From: Anaeromyxobacteraceae bacterium | GTDB taxonomy: Bacteria > Myxococcota > Myxococcia > Myxococcales > Anaeromyxobacteraceae | Assembly: GCA_032654565.1 (NCBI GenBank) | Contig: JAULAX010000007.1 | Span: 96,001-160,000, forward strand | Direction: 5' to 3' | DNA: 64,000 nucleotides | Shown: positions 1 to 9,275 of the stretch, one piece after another | Layout of the letters: each line of letters begins with the position of its first letter | Position numbering within the stretch: position 1 is the first letter of the stretch | Notes under the pieces: generated by a model | Seen by the model: only the letters and a program-made list of their open reading frames with translations | What the model was told of the DNA's origin: nothing | Database searches by the model: none | Position numbers and translations under genes: made by a program

Positions 1-86
1 CGGGGCCCGGCCGGGCCGGCGGCCCCGGCCCCGGCCGGGAGCGCGAGGGCCAGCAGCAGGGCGGTGGAGGCGAGACGGCGGTGCAC
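1..86 (-). CDS. 5' part of a probable secreted protein (runs off the window start)
   Basis: GTG at 86 opens MHRRLASTALLLALALPAGAGAAGPAG, which has the basic-hydrophobic-AxA pattern of a signal peptide; divergent from fur. Confidence 0.55.
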   Translation of the reverse strand, partial: MHRRLASTALLLALALPAGAGAAGPAGP

Positions 87-138
87 GGTGGAACCGGTGT
101 AGCGCCGCTGGCCGTTCGCGGACAAGGGCGCGCCATCG

Positions 139-168
139 TTGACTCCGACCGGGTCGGCCCGGTACGGT
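139..168 (+). promoter_or_regulatory. sigma70-type promoter for fur (probably leaderless)
   Basis: TTGACT-N18-TACGGT ending 7 nt before the GTG at 176. Confidence 0.5.
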
Positions 169-175
169 CCGCCAC

Positions 176-727
176 GTGAGACAAGGTCGCACGGAGTTGC
201 CCGACAAGGAGAAGCTGAAGGCGGCGCTCGAGCGGTTCGAGCGGTTCCTCCACCTCAAGGACCTGCGGCTCACCGACGCCCGCGCCGCCATCGTCGAGGC
301 GGCCATGGCGCGGACCGGCCACTACCCCATCGACGACCTGATCGCCGACCTGAAGGCGCGCGGCATCCGCGGCTCAAAGGCGACGGTCTACCGGACCCTG
401 CCGCTGCTGGCCGAGGCCGGCATCCTGCAGCCGGCCATCGTGGTGGCCGACTCCAAGAGCTACGAGACCACCTTCGGGCGCGAGCACCACGACCACCTGC
501 TCTGCGGCCGCTGCGGCGAGGTCATCGAGTTCGAGTTCGAGGCCTTCGAGATCCTGCAGCGCGAGGTGGCCAGCAAGCACGGCTACCGGCTGGAGTCGCA
601 CTACCACGAGCTGGTGGGCACCTGCCCCGACTGCCTGGCCGCCGAGCCGCCGGCCGACCCGCCGCCGCGGCCCTCGGTCGAGCCGGGCCCGCCCGAGCCG
701 GGGCCGGAGCCGGGCGGGGAAGGCTGA
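176..727 (+). CDS. fur: Fur-family transcriptional regulator
   Basis: ATVYRTLPLLAEAG winged-helix motif, HHDHLLCGRCG and CPDC metal-binding motifs; Pro-rich tail. Confidence 0.9.
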   Translation: MRQGRTELPDKEKLKAALERFERFLHLKDLRLTDARAAIVEAAMARTGHYPIDDLIADLKARGIRGSKATVYRTLPLLAEAGILQPAIVVADSKSYETTFGREHHDHLLCGRCGEVIEFEFEAFEILQREVASKHGYRLESHYHELVGTCPDCLAAEPPADPPPRPSVEPGPPEPGPEPGGEG

Positions 728-736
728 GCAGCTGCC

Positions 737-2089
737 CTAGCGTCGCCCGCTCGGCCGGGTCCGGGCCCGCTCCCTGGCCCGATCCCAGGCGCCGGGCAGC
801 AGGCTGAACGGCAGCAGCTTGGCCAGCAGCGGCAGCAGCAGCATGCCGCCGGGGGCCGCGAAGATGGCCAGCGCCGGCACCGCCTTGGCCAGATCGATGA
901 GCTGCTCCTTCACCTGCTTCTTCTCGGCGGCGCTGAGCGTGGCCCCGCCGGCCGCCCGCGCCAGCAGCTGGCCGAGCTCGCCGGTCTCGCGCAGCGCCAT
1001 GGTCAGGGCGTCGTAGTTGGTGGCCACGGCGTCGTTGACCCGCTCCACCATCTGGTCCGAGGTCTGCTCCCAGGCGTCCACCAGGTTGAGCCAGTCGGCG
1101 CCCGGGCCGGCCACCGCCTTGAACCAGGCCAGGTGGTCGTCGTGCTGGGCCCCGGCCTCCACCTGCGCCGCCACCAGCGCCTGGGCGTCGAGCCCGGCCG
1201 CGGCGCGGAAGGCCTCGATGAACTCGGCCGCCGGCTCGGCGGGCAGGCCGGCGCGCAGCTGGGCGAGCAGCAGCTGCTCGAGCAGGAAGGCGCGCATGGG
1301 CGGCGGGGTGGCCAGGGCCAGGGCGCCGGCGGTGCGGGGGGCGGCCACGGCGCGGCGGGCGTCGCGCAGCCGCTGGCCGGGCAGGCCGAGCCGGCCCAGC
1401 TGGCGGCGGCGCAGCACCGCCATCTGCGCGCCCGGCGGCGGGGCGGCGGCCAGCAGCAGGCTGGCCAGCGCCTCGGCCAGCAGGGCCCGCTCCGCCTCGG
1501 CGAAGGCCAGGTGGCGCTCCAGCGCCTCCACCTCGAGCCGCCCGGTCCGGTGGAGCCCCATGGCGACGCGGGCCAGCTGGCGGCGGAACGAGGCCCGGGC
1601 GCCGGGGTAGAGCGGAAGCCCGTCGATGGGATCGCCGGGCGGGAAGAAGCGGGTCTTGAGGGCCTGGCCGGCGGCGCGCAGCGCCACCTCGATCTCCTGC
1701 GGCGCGGCCCGCGAGCCGCGCGCGGCGTCCACCGCCAGCGCCTGCCCGTGCTGGCCGAGCGCCCCGCACAGCCCGGCGGCCAGCTCGAAGCGCCCGCGGT
1801 GGCGCAGCCAGGGCTCGCCGGCCAGGCGGGCCAGGTCGAGCACCAGGTCGAGGTGGCCGCGCACCTCCTCCAGGAAGGCGGCCTCCGGTGAGTCGTCGCC
1901 CGGGGCCAGCTTGCGGTGGCGCAGCGAGCGGGCCACCAGCACCCGGGCCCCCGGGGCCAGGTCCATGCCGCTCGCCGCCCGCAGCAGCTCCGACCCCAGC
2001 GAGGCCTGCTCCACCTCCGGGTCGCGCCGGTCCAGCTCGTCGTCGACGAGGGCGCTGAGCCAGTCCTTGCTGGAGAGGTCCACGGGCAC
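737..2089 (-). CDS. LETM1-like domain protein
   Basis: C-terminal KKQVKEQLIDLAKAVPALAIFAAPGGMLLLPLLAKLLP matches the bacterial LETM1-related motif. Confidence 0.7.
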   Translation of the reverse strand: MPVDLSSKDWLSALVDDELDRRDPEVEQASLGSELLRAASGMDLAPGARVLVARSLRHRKLAPGDDSPEAAFLEEVRGHLDLVLDLARLAGEPWLRHRGRFELAAGLCGALGQHGQALAVDAARGSRAAPQEIEVALRAAGQALKTRFFPPGDPIDGLPLYPGARASFRRQLARVAMGLHRTGRLEVEALERHLAFAEAERALLAEALASLLLAAAPPPGAQMAVLRRRQLGRLGLPGQRLRDARRAVAAPRTAGALALATPPPMRAFLLEQLLLAQLRAGLPAEPAAEFIEAFRAAAGLDAQALVAAQVEAGAQHDDHLAWFKAVAGPGADWLNLVDAWEQTSDQMVERVNDAVATNYDALTMALRETGELGQLLARAAGGATLSAAEKKQVKEQLIDLAKAVPALAIFAAPGGMLLLPLLAKLLPFSLLPGAWDRARERARTRPSGRR

Positions 2090-2120
2090 GGAGACCGGGA
2101 GTCTAGAGTGAGGCGGCGCC

Positions 2121-2158
2121 GAAAAGAAGCAGGGCCGACCCCTCTCGGAGCCGGCCCC
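2121..2158 (-). terminator. Rho-independent terminator of recA
   Basis: Minus strand GGGCCGGCTCC-GAGA-GGGGTCGGCCC hairpin followed by TGCTTCTTTTC, about 50 nt after the recA stop. Confidence 0.75.
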
Positions 2159-2207
2159 TCGTGCCTTGCTCGCGCCCGCGGTCGCGGTGCGCAGTCCTGT
2201 GGGGGCG

Positions 2208-3293
<1,086 letters not shown>

Positions 3294-3378
3294 TTCACTT
3301 CTCCTTGGAGGGGGCGCTGTCCGCGTCCCCGTCGTTCGTCGTGTGGGAGGGCTTGTAGCGGCCCCCTCTGACATCGCC

Positions 3379-3417
3379 ACTGAACAGATGGATACTGAAC
3401 GGATGAGCGAGAGTCAA
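3379..3417 (-). promoter_or_regulatory. recA promoter with two tandem LexA-like boxes
   Basis: TTGACT-N17-TATCCA overlapped by the direct repeat CATCYGTTCAGT (2 copies, 15-nt period); resembles the Myxococcus LexA motif ending in GTTCAG. Confidence 0.7.
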
Positions 3418-3594
3418 GGAAATGAGGGCAACTGGCGCGTCCCGCAGGGCGCGCCGCCCGTGGTGTCCCGCCCAAAGCGACCTTGCGTACGCGTTGCGCG
3501 ACCCGCCGTGGCGCCAGCCCGGCCCGCGCGCGCGGTCCACCTGGACCTCCAGGCCACGTCACCCGGGACCGCGGGAACGCGCTAGGCTTGCCGC

Positions 3595-4119
3595 GTGACG
3601 GCGCCTCCCATCGAGCACGCGCATCCCATCGAGCAGGTGCTGTCGGCGCTCAACGCCGCAGGCGTGCGCTACCTCGTGGCCGGCGGTGTCGCCGTCGTCC
3701 TCCACGGACACCTTCGCACCACCGCCGACCTCGACCTGGTGGTCTCGCTCGAGCCGGCCAACGCCCGGCGCGCCATCGAGGCGCTCACCGGGCTCGGCTA
3801 TCGCCCCCGGGCGCCGGTGGCGGCGGAGCTCTTCGCCGACGCCACCGAGCGCGCCAGCTGGATCGCCGAGAAGGGGCTCACCGTCTTCTCCCTCTGGAGC
3901 GATCGCCTGCCTTCGCTGGAGGTCGACCTCTTCGTCCGCGAGCCGTTCGACTTCGAGCAGGCCTGGGCGCGCCGGGCGACCGTGTCGCTCGACACCACCA
4001 CGGCGACGGTGGTGGCGCTCCAGGACCTGCTGGCCCTGAAGCGCCAGGCGCGGCGGCCGCAGGACCTCGCCGACATCGAGGCGCTGGAAGTCATCGCCTC
4101 GGCGGGGCGGGCGCCTTGA
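3595..4119 (+). CDS. Small nucleotidyltransferase-fold protein (AbiEii/DUF6036-like)
   Basis: AGGVAVVLHG...RTTADLDL (GG...DxD Pol-beta NTase signature) and C-terminal LKRQARRPQDLAD. Confidence 0.75.
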   Translation: MTAPPIEHAHPIEQVLSALNAAGVRYLVAGGVAVVLHGHLRTTADLDLVVSLEPANARRAIEALTGLGYRPRAPVAAELFADATERASWIAEKGLTVFSLWSDRLPSLEVDLFVREPFDFEQAWARRATVSLDTTTATVVALQDLLALKRQARRPQDLADIEALEVIASAGRAP

Positions 4120-4328
4120 CCGGGGAGCGCGACGAGGCGGCCGGCGGGTCGCGAGGCTGGGACGAGCACCGCCGCGCCCAGGCCCGGGCGCTCGGGGCCC
4201 GGCTCACGCCCGCCGAGCGGCTCCGCTGGCTGGAGGAGACCATGGCGGCGATGCGCCGGTGGGTGGGGCGCGCCGCGGCCCCGGTTCAGGGCCCTCCCTC
4301 GCCGCCGGGCCGGCCACCGGACCGGTAG
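4116..4328 (+). CDS. Small protein translationally coupled to the nucleotidyltransferase (putative antitoxin or partner)
   Basis: TTGA start/stop overlap; 70 aa with GWDEHRRAQ...LTPAERLRWLEE helical motif. Confidence 0.6.
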   Translation: MTGERDEAAGGSRGWDEHRRAQARALGARLTPAERLRWLEETMAAMRRWVGRAAAPVQGPPSPPGRPPDR

Positions 4329-4395
4329 CCGCTCGCGACGCCCGCCGGCGCATCGTCCCTTGCCCTGCTCCCTCGCCGCGGTCCAAGCTCCGGCC

Positions 4396-5427
4396 ATGGC
4401 CGTGCGCAAGGTAGGGACCAGCCGCGTCATCCGGGAGATCGGCCGCGGCGGGATGAGCGTCGTCTACGAGGCCTACCAGGAGGCGCTCGACCGCAAGGTG
4501 GCGGTCAAGGCCCTCGACGCCGGCTCGGCTCGCTCCGAGGAGCTGGCCGAGCGCTTCCGGCGCGAGGGGCGCGCCTACGCCCAGATCCACCACGCCGGCA
4601 TCATCGCCATCCACGACTTCGTCGAGAAGGACGACGCGCTCTACCTGATCACCGAGTTCGTCGACGGCGAGGACCTCTGCCGGCTGCTGGCCCGCGGGCG
4701 GCTTCCCCCCGACTGCGTCGCCGCGGTCGGGGCCGCGGTGGCCGACGCGCTGGAGTGCATCCACGCCCACGCGCTGCTCCACCGTGACCTGAAGCCGGGC
4801 AATGTCATGATCTCCCGCCAGGGCGCGGTCAAGGTGATGGACTTCGGCATCGTCAAGGACTCCATGGCCTCCGACCTGACCCGGACCGGCACCGTGATCG
4901 GCACGCCCTACTACATCGCCCCCGAGGTGCTGGGCGGCGACGGCGAGGACGAGCGCAGCGACCTCTGGTCGCTGGGGGTCACGCTCTACGAGCTGGCCAC
5001 CGGCCAGCGCCCCTTCGACGGCGCCGACTACCAGGCGCTCTTCGCCGCCGTGCGCAAGGGCCGGCTCCGACCGGTCCGCTCCCTGGCCCCGGCCGTTCCC
5101 CGCCGGCTGGCCAGGGCCATCGAGCGCTGCCTGGAGCGGCGCCCCGACCGCCGCTGGGAGACCGCGGCCATGCTGGCCCTGGAGCTGAAGGCCATCGAGG
5201 GGCGCCTGCTCGGCGAGCTGCGGCCGGAGCGGCGCCTGACCACGCTGCTCGAGGAGCGGGCGCTGGCGGCGGCCTCCTCGAAGGGCACCATGCAGCTCGG
5301 CACCGGCGACCTGGTGCCCTTCAGCAGCGCCGAGATCGCCGCGGTCCGGAGCCCCTGGCGCGGCCCGCTCCTGGTGGCGCTCCTGGCGCTGGTGGCCGGC
5401 GCCTGGCTCTGGCTGCGGCGGTCGTGA
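4396..5427 (+). CDS. Hanks-type Ser/Thr protein kinase with C-terminal TM helix
   Basis: GRGGMS, VAVK, HRDLKPGN, DFG, GTPYYIAPE and DLWSLG motifs. Confidence 0.95.
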   Translation: MAVRKVGTSRVIREIGRGGMSVVYEAYQEALDRKVAVKALDAGSARSEELAERFRREGRAYAQIHHAGIIAIHDFVEKDDALYLITEFVDGEDLCRLLARGRLPPDCVAAVGAAVADALECIHAHALLHRDLKPGNVMISRQGAVKVMDFGIVKDSMASDLTRTGTVIGTPYYIAPEVLGGDGEDERSDLWSLGVTLYELATGQRPFDGADYQALFAAVRKGRLRPVRSLAPAVPRRLARAIERCLERRPDRRWETAAMLALELKAIEGRLLGELRPERRLTTLLEERALAAASSKGTMQLGTGDLVPFSSAEIAAVRSPWRGPLLVALLALVAGAWLWLRRS

Positions 5428-5504
5428 CCTCGGCGCACCGGGCGGTCGACGGCCCGGCGGGAACGCCGGGGGTCGACGCCGCCCAAGGGGAGTAGGTTCC
5501 CCGC

Positions 5505-7013
5505 ATGTCCGCTCCGCCCGCCAGGGCCCCTGGCGATACCGACACCGATCTCCCCGCGCCGGCCTGGCCGCGCCGCCGGGTGGCGGCGGTGGCGACGCTG
5601 CTCGCGCTCGGCGCGGCGCTGGTCCGCTGGCGGGCGCGCCCGGGGCGGCCCATGTGGGGCGACGAGGCCTTCACGCTGGCGCTGGTCCGCTACCCCGCCG
5701 ACGAGCTCCGCGAGTTCCTCACCCACCGCGAGGTGAACGGCGGCATCTACACGCTCTTGCTGCGCGGGCTGCTGGCCGTCACCGACGGGCTCGGCGTCGA
5801 GCCGCTGGCGGCGGCGCGCGGCCTCTCGGCCTGCTTCGGCGTCGCCTCGGTCCCGGCCCTCTACCTGCTGGCCCGCCGCCTGGCCGGCGAGCGGGTGGCG
5901 CTGCTGGCCGCCACCTTCCTGACGGTCAACCAGTTCCACGTCTCCTACAGCCTGGAGGGGCGCGCCTACACGCTGGCGGTGCTGCTGGTGATCCTCTCCT
6001 CGTCGGCGCTGGTCACGCTGCTCGACGAGCCGCGCTGGCGGCGTGCGATCGCCTTCGGCCTGCTGGCCGGCCTGGCCACCTGGGCCCACCTCTTCGCCGC
6101 GCTGGCGCTGGCGGGGCAGGGGCTGGCGGCGCTGGTCCACCCCGGCCTCCGCGTCGTCCGCGGCCGGCCGCTGGCGGGGCCGGCCACGGCGCTGGCCGGG
6201 CTGGCGCTAGGCGGCACGCTCTCGCTCCTCGTCATGGCCCGCAGCGCCTGGGGCGACGCCGGCCAGGTGGTCTGGGTCGAGGCGCTCGACTGGACCCAGT
6301 TCGTCAACCTGCTGGTGAAGCTGAGCGGCGGCGTCAGGCTGCTCCTGCTCTTCTGGTCGATGGGGCTGGGCGTCGCCCTGCTGGCGGCGCGTCGGGGCGG
6401 GCGGGACGGCTTCCACCTGGCGCTGGCCGCCGCCCTGGCGCTGGCGCCGGTGCTGCTGGCCCTGCTGGCCTCCACGCTGAAGCCGCTGCTGGTGCCGCGC
6501 TACCTGCTGGTGGCGCTGCCCGGCGTCCTGCTGCTGGCGGCGCTGGGCGTGGCCTCGCTGCGCCGCCGGGCGCTGGTGGTGGGGGCGGCGCTGCTGCTCG
6601 TCGGGCTCGGGCTGCGCGAGGTGCAGTCGGATCGCTACGCCGATCCGCTCTGGCAGCCCATCGACACCGTGGCGGCGCGGGTGGTGGCGCTGGCGCGCCC
6701 CGGCGACGTGCTGGTGGTGAGCCACCCGGCCATGGCCCTCTCGCTCGATCGCGAGCTGCGGCGGCTGGGGCAGGGGCCCGGGCCGGAGCGGGTCTCGCCG
6801 GCGGCCGACGACCTGCTCGACCTGCACTTCGAGCGGCGCCCGCCGCTCGCCGAGCGGGTGCGCGGCCACGCCGGCGTCCTCTTCCTGCTCTTCGCCGAGC
6901 AGCCGCAGTCGGAGCGGCTCCGCGAGGCGCTGGCGGCCGAGGGGGCCGCGGTGACGGCCGAGGAGGAGTACGCGGGGGTCCGGCTGCTGCGGCTGGAGCG
7001 GCCGGTGCGGTGA
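5505..7013 (+). CDS. GT-C (family 39/PMT-like) membrane glycosyltransferase
   Basis: WGDEAFT motif after the first TM helix, YSLEGRAY motif, many hydrophobic helices. Confidence 0.75.
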   Translation: MSAPPARAPGDTDTDLPAPAWPRRRVAAVATLLALGAALVRWRARPGRPMWGDEAFTLALVRYPADELREFLTHREVNGGIYTLLLRGLLAVTDGLGVEPLAAARGLSACFGVASVPALYLLARRLAGERVALLAATFLTVNQFHVSYSLEGRAYTLAVLLVILSSSALVTLLDEPRWRRAIAFGLLAGLATWAHLFAALALAGQGLAALVHPGLRVVRGRPLAGPATALAGLALGGTLSLLVMARSAWGDAGQVVWVEALDWTQFVNLLVKLSGGVRLLLLFWSMGLGVALLAARRGGRDGFHLALAAALALAPVLLALLASTLKPLLVPRYLLVALPGVLLLAALGVASLRRRALVVGAALLLVGLGLREVQSDRYADPLWQPIDTVAARVVALARPGDVLVVSHPAMALSLDRELRRLGQGPGPERVSPAADDLLDLHFERRPPLAERVRGHAGVLFLLFAEQPQSERLREALAAEGAAVTAEEEYAGVRLLRLERPVR

Positions 7014-7161
7014 GCGGCCGACGGGCCGGCCTCCCCTCGAGGGGCGTCGAGCAGCGCCGCTGTCGTTCTCGAACGTTCGTCGCGCAGGAATGAAGGCCCG
7101 GCGGGGTACCGCGAGCCGCGGCGCGCTCAATGGGGACGGCCCTTCGGCGCGGGGCCGGCGG

Positions 7162-7177
7162 TGGCCGGCAGCTTGCA
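7162..7177 (+). promoter_or_regulatory. sigma54 (-24/-12) promoter of the cupin gene
   Basis: TGGCCGGCAGCTTGCA has the exact GG-N10-GC spacing with TTGCA, about 60 nt upstream of the ATG. Confidence 0.6.
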
Positions 7178-7237
7178 ATGGTGAGGTGGGCTGGAGCGGC
7201 GGCGACCTGCCTGCGACCCGGCACCGGAGGCGTCGGC

Positions 7238-7639
7238 ATGGTCGGATTCGTGCAGGACATGGAGGGGCTGGCGGGCCGGAGCGAGGAGTTCCGGCGCATC
7301 CTCTGCTCGGCGCGGTGCGGCCAGCTGGTGCTCATGGCGGTCCCGCCCCGGGGAGAGACCGGGGCGAGGGTCCACGACTTCGACCACTTCTTCCGCGTCG
7401 AGTCGGGGGTCGGCGAGGCGGTGATCGACGGGGTGAGGACGGCGATCCGGGGGGGCTTCGCCATCCTGGTCCCGGCCGGCTCGACCCACAACCTCATCAA
7501 CACCGGCGAGGTGCCGCTCACCCTCTACGCGCTCGACGCGCCGCCGGGCCACCGCGACAACCCCGGCCACCAGCCCCCGGCTCCGGCCGAGGCGGACCAC
7601 GAGCACTTCGACCACTTCGAGGAAGAGACCGTCGGGTAG
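7238..7639 (+). CDS. Cupin-domain protein
   Basis: HDFDHFFRVESG and VPAGSTHNLINTG cupin motifs; GGAGG RBS. Confidence 0.85.
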   Translation: MVGFVQDMEGLAGRSEEFRRILCSARCGQLVLMAVPPRGETGARVHDFDHFFRVESGVGEAVIDGVRTAIRGGFAILVPAGSTHNLINTGEVPLTLYALDAPPGHRDNPGHQPPAPAEADHEHFDHFEEETVG

Positions 7640-7650
7640 GTCGCCCTCCT

Positions 7651-7710
7651 CCGCGCCGCACCGCCCCAAGCTGCGCCGCACCGCCAGGCGCTGCGCCGCG
7701 CCGGCGCGGT
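7651..7710 (+). repeat. Three imperfect tandem repeats with a 20-nt period
   Basis: CCGCGCCGCACCGCCCCAAG / CTGCGCCGCACCGCCAGGCG / CTGCGCCGCGCCGGCGCGGT. Confidence 0.55.
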
Positions 7711-7791
7711 GACGCGGAGCCAGGCCGGCGCCGTGCGTGGGCGCCGTGCCGGTGCCTCGCGGTGTCCGACCCCGCGCTACACTGTGGTCAC

Positions 7792-9213
7792 ATGGACCTC
7801 CCCACCCTCATCCTCCTCGTCGCCATCGCGGCGGCCACGGCGGCCCTCCTCCTCCTCGTCCCCGCCCGCGTCGCCGCCCAGCTGCGCGCCGCGCTGCTGG
7901 AGCGGCTCGACGCCCTCGACCGGAACGTCGAGAAGAGCGAGCGCGGCCTGCGTGAGGAGCTGGGGCGCGGGCGCGGCGAGGCGGCCACCGAGGCGCAGCG
8001 GCAGCGCGAGGCCACCGCGGCCGACGCCGGCCGGCAGCGCGAGCTGACCGCGGCGGAGGCCAAGCGGCAGCGCGACGAGGTGCAGGCCCAGCTGGTGGAG
8101 ATGTCCCGGCTGCAGCGCGAGGCGCTGGAGGGGTTCGGCGCCCGGCTGCAGCAGCTCACCGACTCCAGCGCCGCGCGGCAGGAGGAGCTGCGCAAGACCT
8201 TGCAGCTGCGGCTCGACGCGGTCCGCGAGGCGGTCGAGCTGCGCCTGGCCGGCCTCCAGAAGGAGAACTCGGAGAAGCTGGAGCAGATGCGCCAGACCGT
8301 CGACGAGAAGCTGCAGGGGACGCTGGAGAAGCGGCTGGGCGAGTCCTTCAAGCTGGTGCAGGGGCAGCTCGAGGCGGTGCAGCGCGGGCTCGGCGAGATG
8401 CAGGCCCTGGCCACCGGCGTCGGCGATCTCAAGAAGGTGCTCACCAACGTCAAGACCCGCGGCACCTGGGGCGAGGTGCAGCTGGGCGCGCTGCTGGAGC
8501 AGATGCTGGTGCCGAGCCAGTACGCCGCCAACGTGGCCACCACGCCCGGCTCGGGCGACCGGGTCGAGTACGTCATCCGGCTCCCCGGCCAGGGGCAGGG
8601 GGAGGGCGAGGTGCTGCTCCCCATCGACGCCAAGTTCCCCACCGAGGACTACCAGCGGCTGGTGGAGGCCTCCGAGAAGGGGGACGCCGCCGGGGTGGAG
8701 CTGGCCGGCAAGGCGCTGGAGACGCGCATCAAGAACTGCGCGAAGTACATCCGCGACAAGTACGTCCACCCGCCGCAGACCACCGACTTCGGCATCCTCT
8801 TCCTCCCCACCGAGGGGCTCTACGCCGAGGTGGTGCGCCGCCCGGGGCTGGCCGACGGGCTGCAGCGCGATCTCCGGGTCACCGTGGCCGGTCCGTCCAC
8901 GCTCACCGCGCTCCTCTCCAGCCTGCAGATGGGCTTCCGCACCCTGGCCATCCAGCAGCGCTCCTCCGAGGTCTGGCAGGTGCTCGGCGCGGTCAAGACC
9001 GAGTTCGGCAAGTTCGGCGAGGTGATCCAGAAGGTGGAGAAGAAGCTGGAGGAGGCCACAAGCACCCTCTCCGCCGTCGGCGTCCGCAGCCGGGCCATCG
9101 AGCGGAAGCTGCGCGGCGTGGAGGAGCTGCCGGCGGGCGACGCGGCCCGCCTGCTGCCCAGCCTGCCGGCCGACGAGGCCGACGGAGAGCCCGAGGAGCC
9201 GGGGCCGGGGTAG
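7792..9213 (+). CDS. rmuC: DNA recombination protein RmuC
   Basis: N-terminal TM helix, coiled coil, KTRGTWGEVQL, PIDAKFP and FLPTEGLYAE motifs. Confidence 0.93.
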   Translation: MDLPTLILLVAIAAATAALLLLVPARVAAQLRAALLERLDALDRNVEKSERGLREELGRGRGEAATEAQRQREATAADAGRQRELTAAEAKRQRDEVQAQLVEMSRLQREALEGFGARLQQLTDSSAARQEELRKTLQLRLDAVREAVELRLAGLQKENSEKLEQMRQTVDEKLQGTLEKRLGESFKLVQGQLEAVQRGLGEMQALATGVGDLKKVLTNVKTRGTWGEVQLGALLEQMLVPSQYAANVATTPGSGDRVEYVIRLPGQGQGEGEVLLPIDAKFPTEDYQRLVEASEKGDAAGVELAGKALETRIKNCAKYIRDKYVHPPQTTDFGILFLPTEGLYAEVVRRPGLADGLQRDLRVTVAGPSTLTALLSSLQMGFRTLAIQQRSSEVWQVLGAVKTEFGKFGEVIQKVEKKLEEATSTLSAVGVRSRAIERKLRGVEELPAGDAARLLPSLPADEADGEPEEPGPG

Positions 9214-9275
9214 GGGCCGGGGACGGGAACGGGGACGTCGTGGCGCGCCCGGGCGCCCCCGATTAACCTCCCGCC

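Noticed and set aside
7014..7053. Possible fourth copy of the palindromic element (GGGCCGGCCTC...TCGAGCAG)
   Set aside because: Only two short matches and the 11-bp stem is not preserved; plausible by chance at this GC content.
7651..7710. Mini-CRISPR array
   Set aside because: The 20-nt period leaves no room for spacers, and no cas genes are present.
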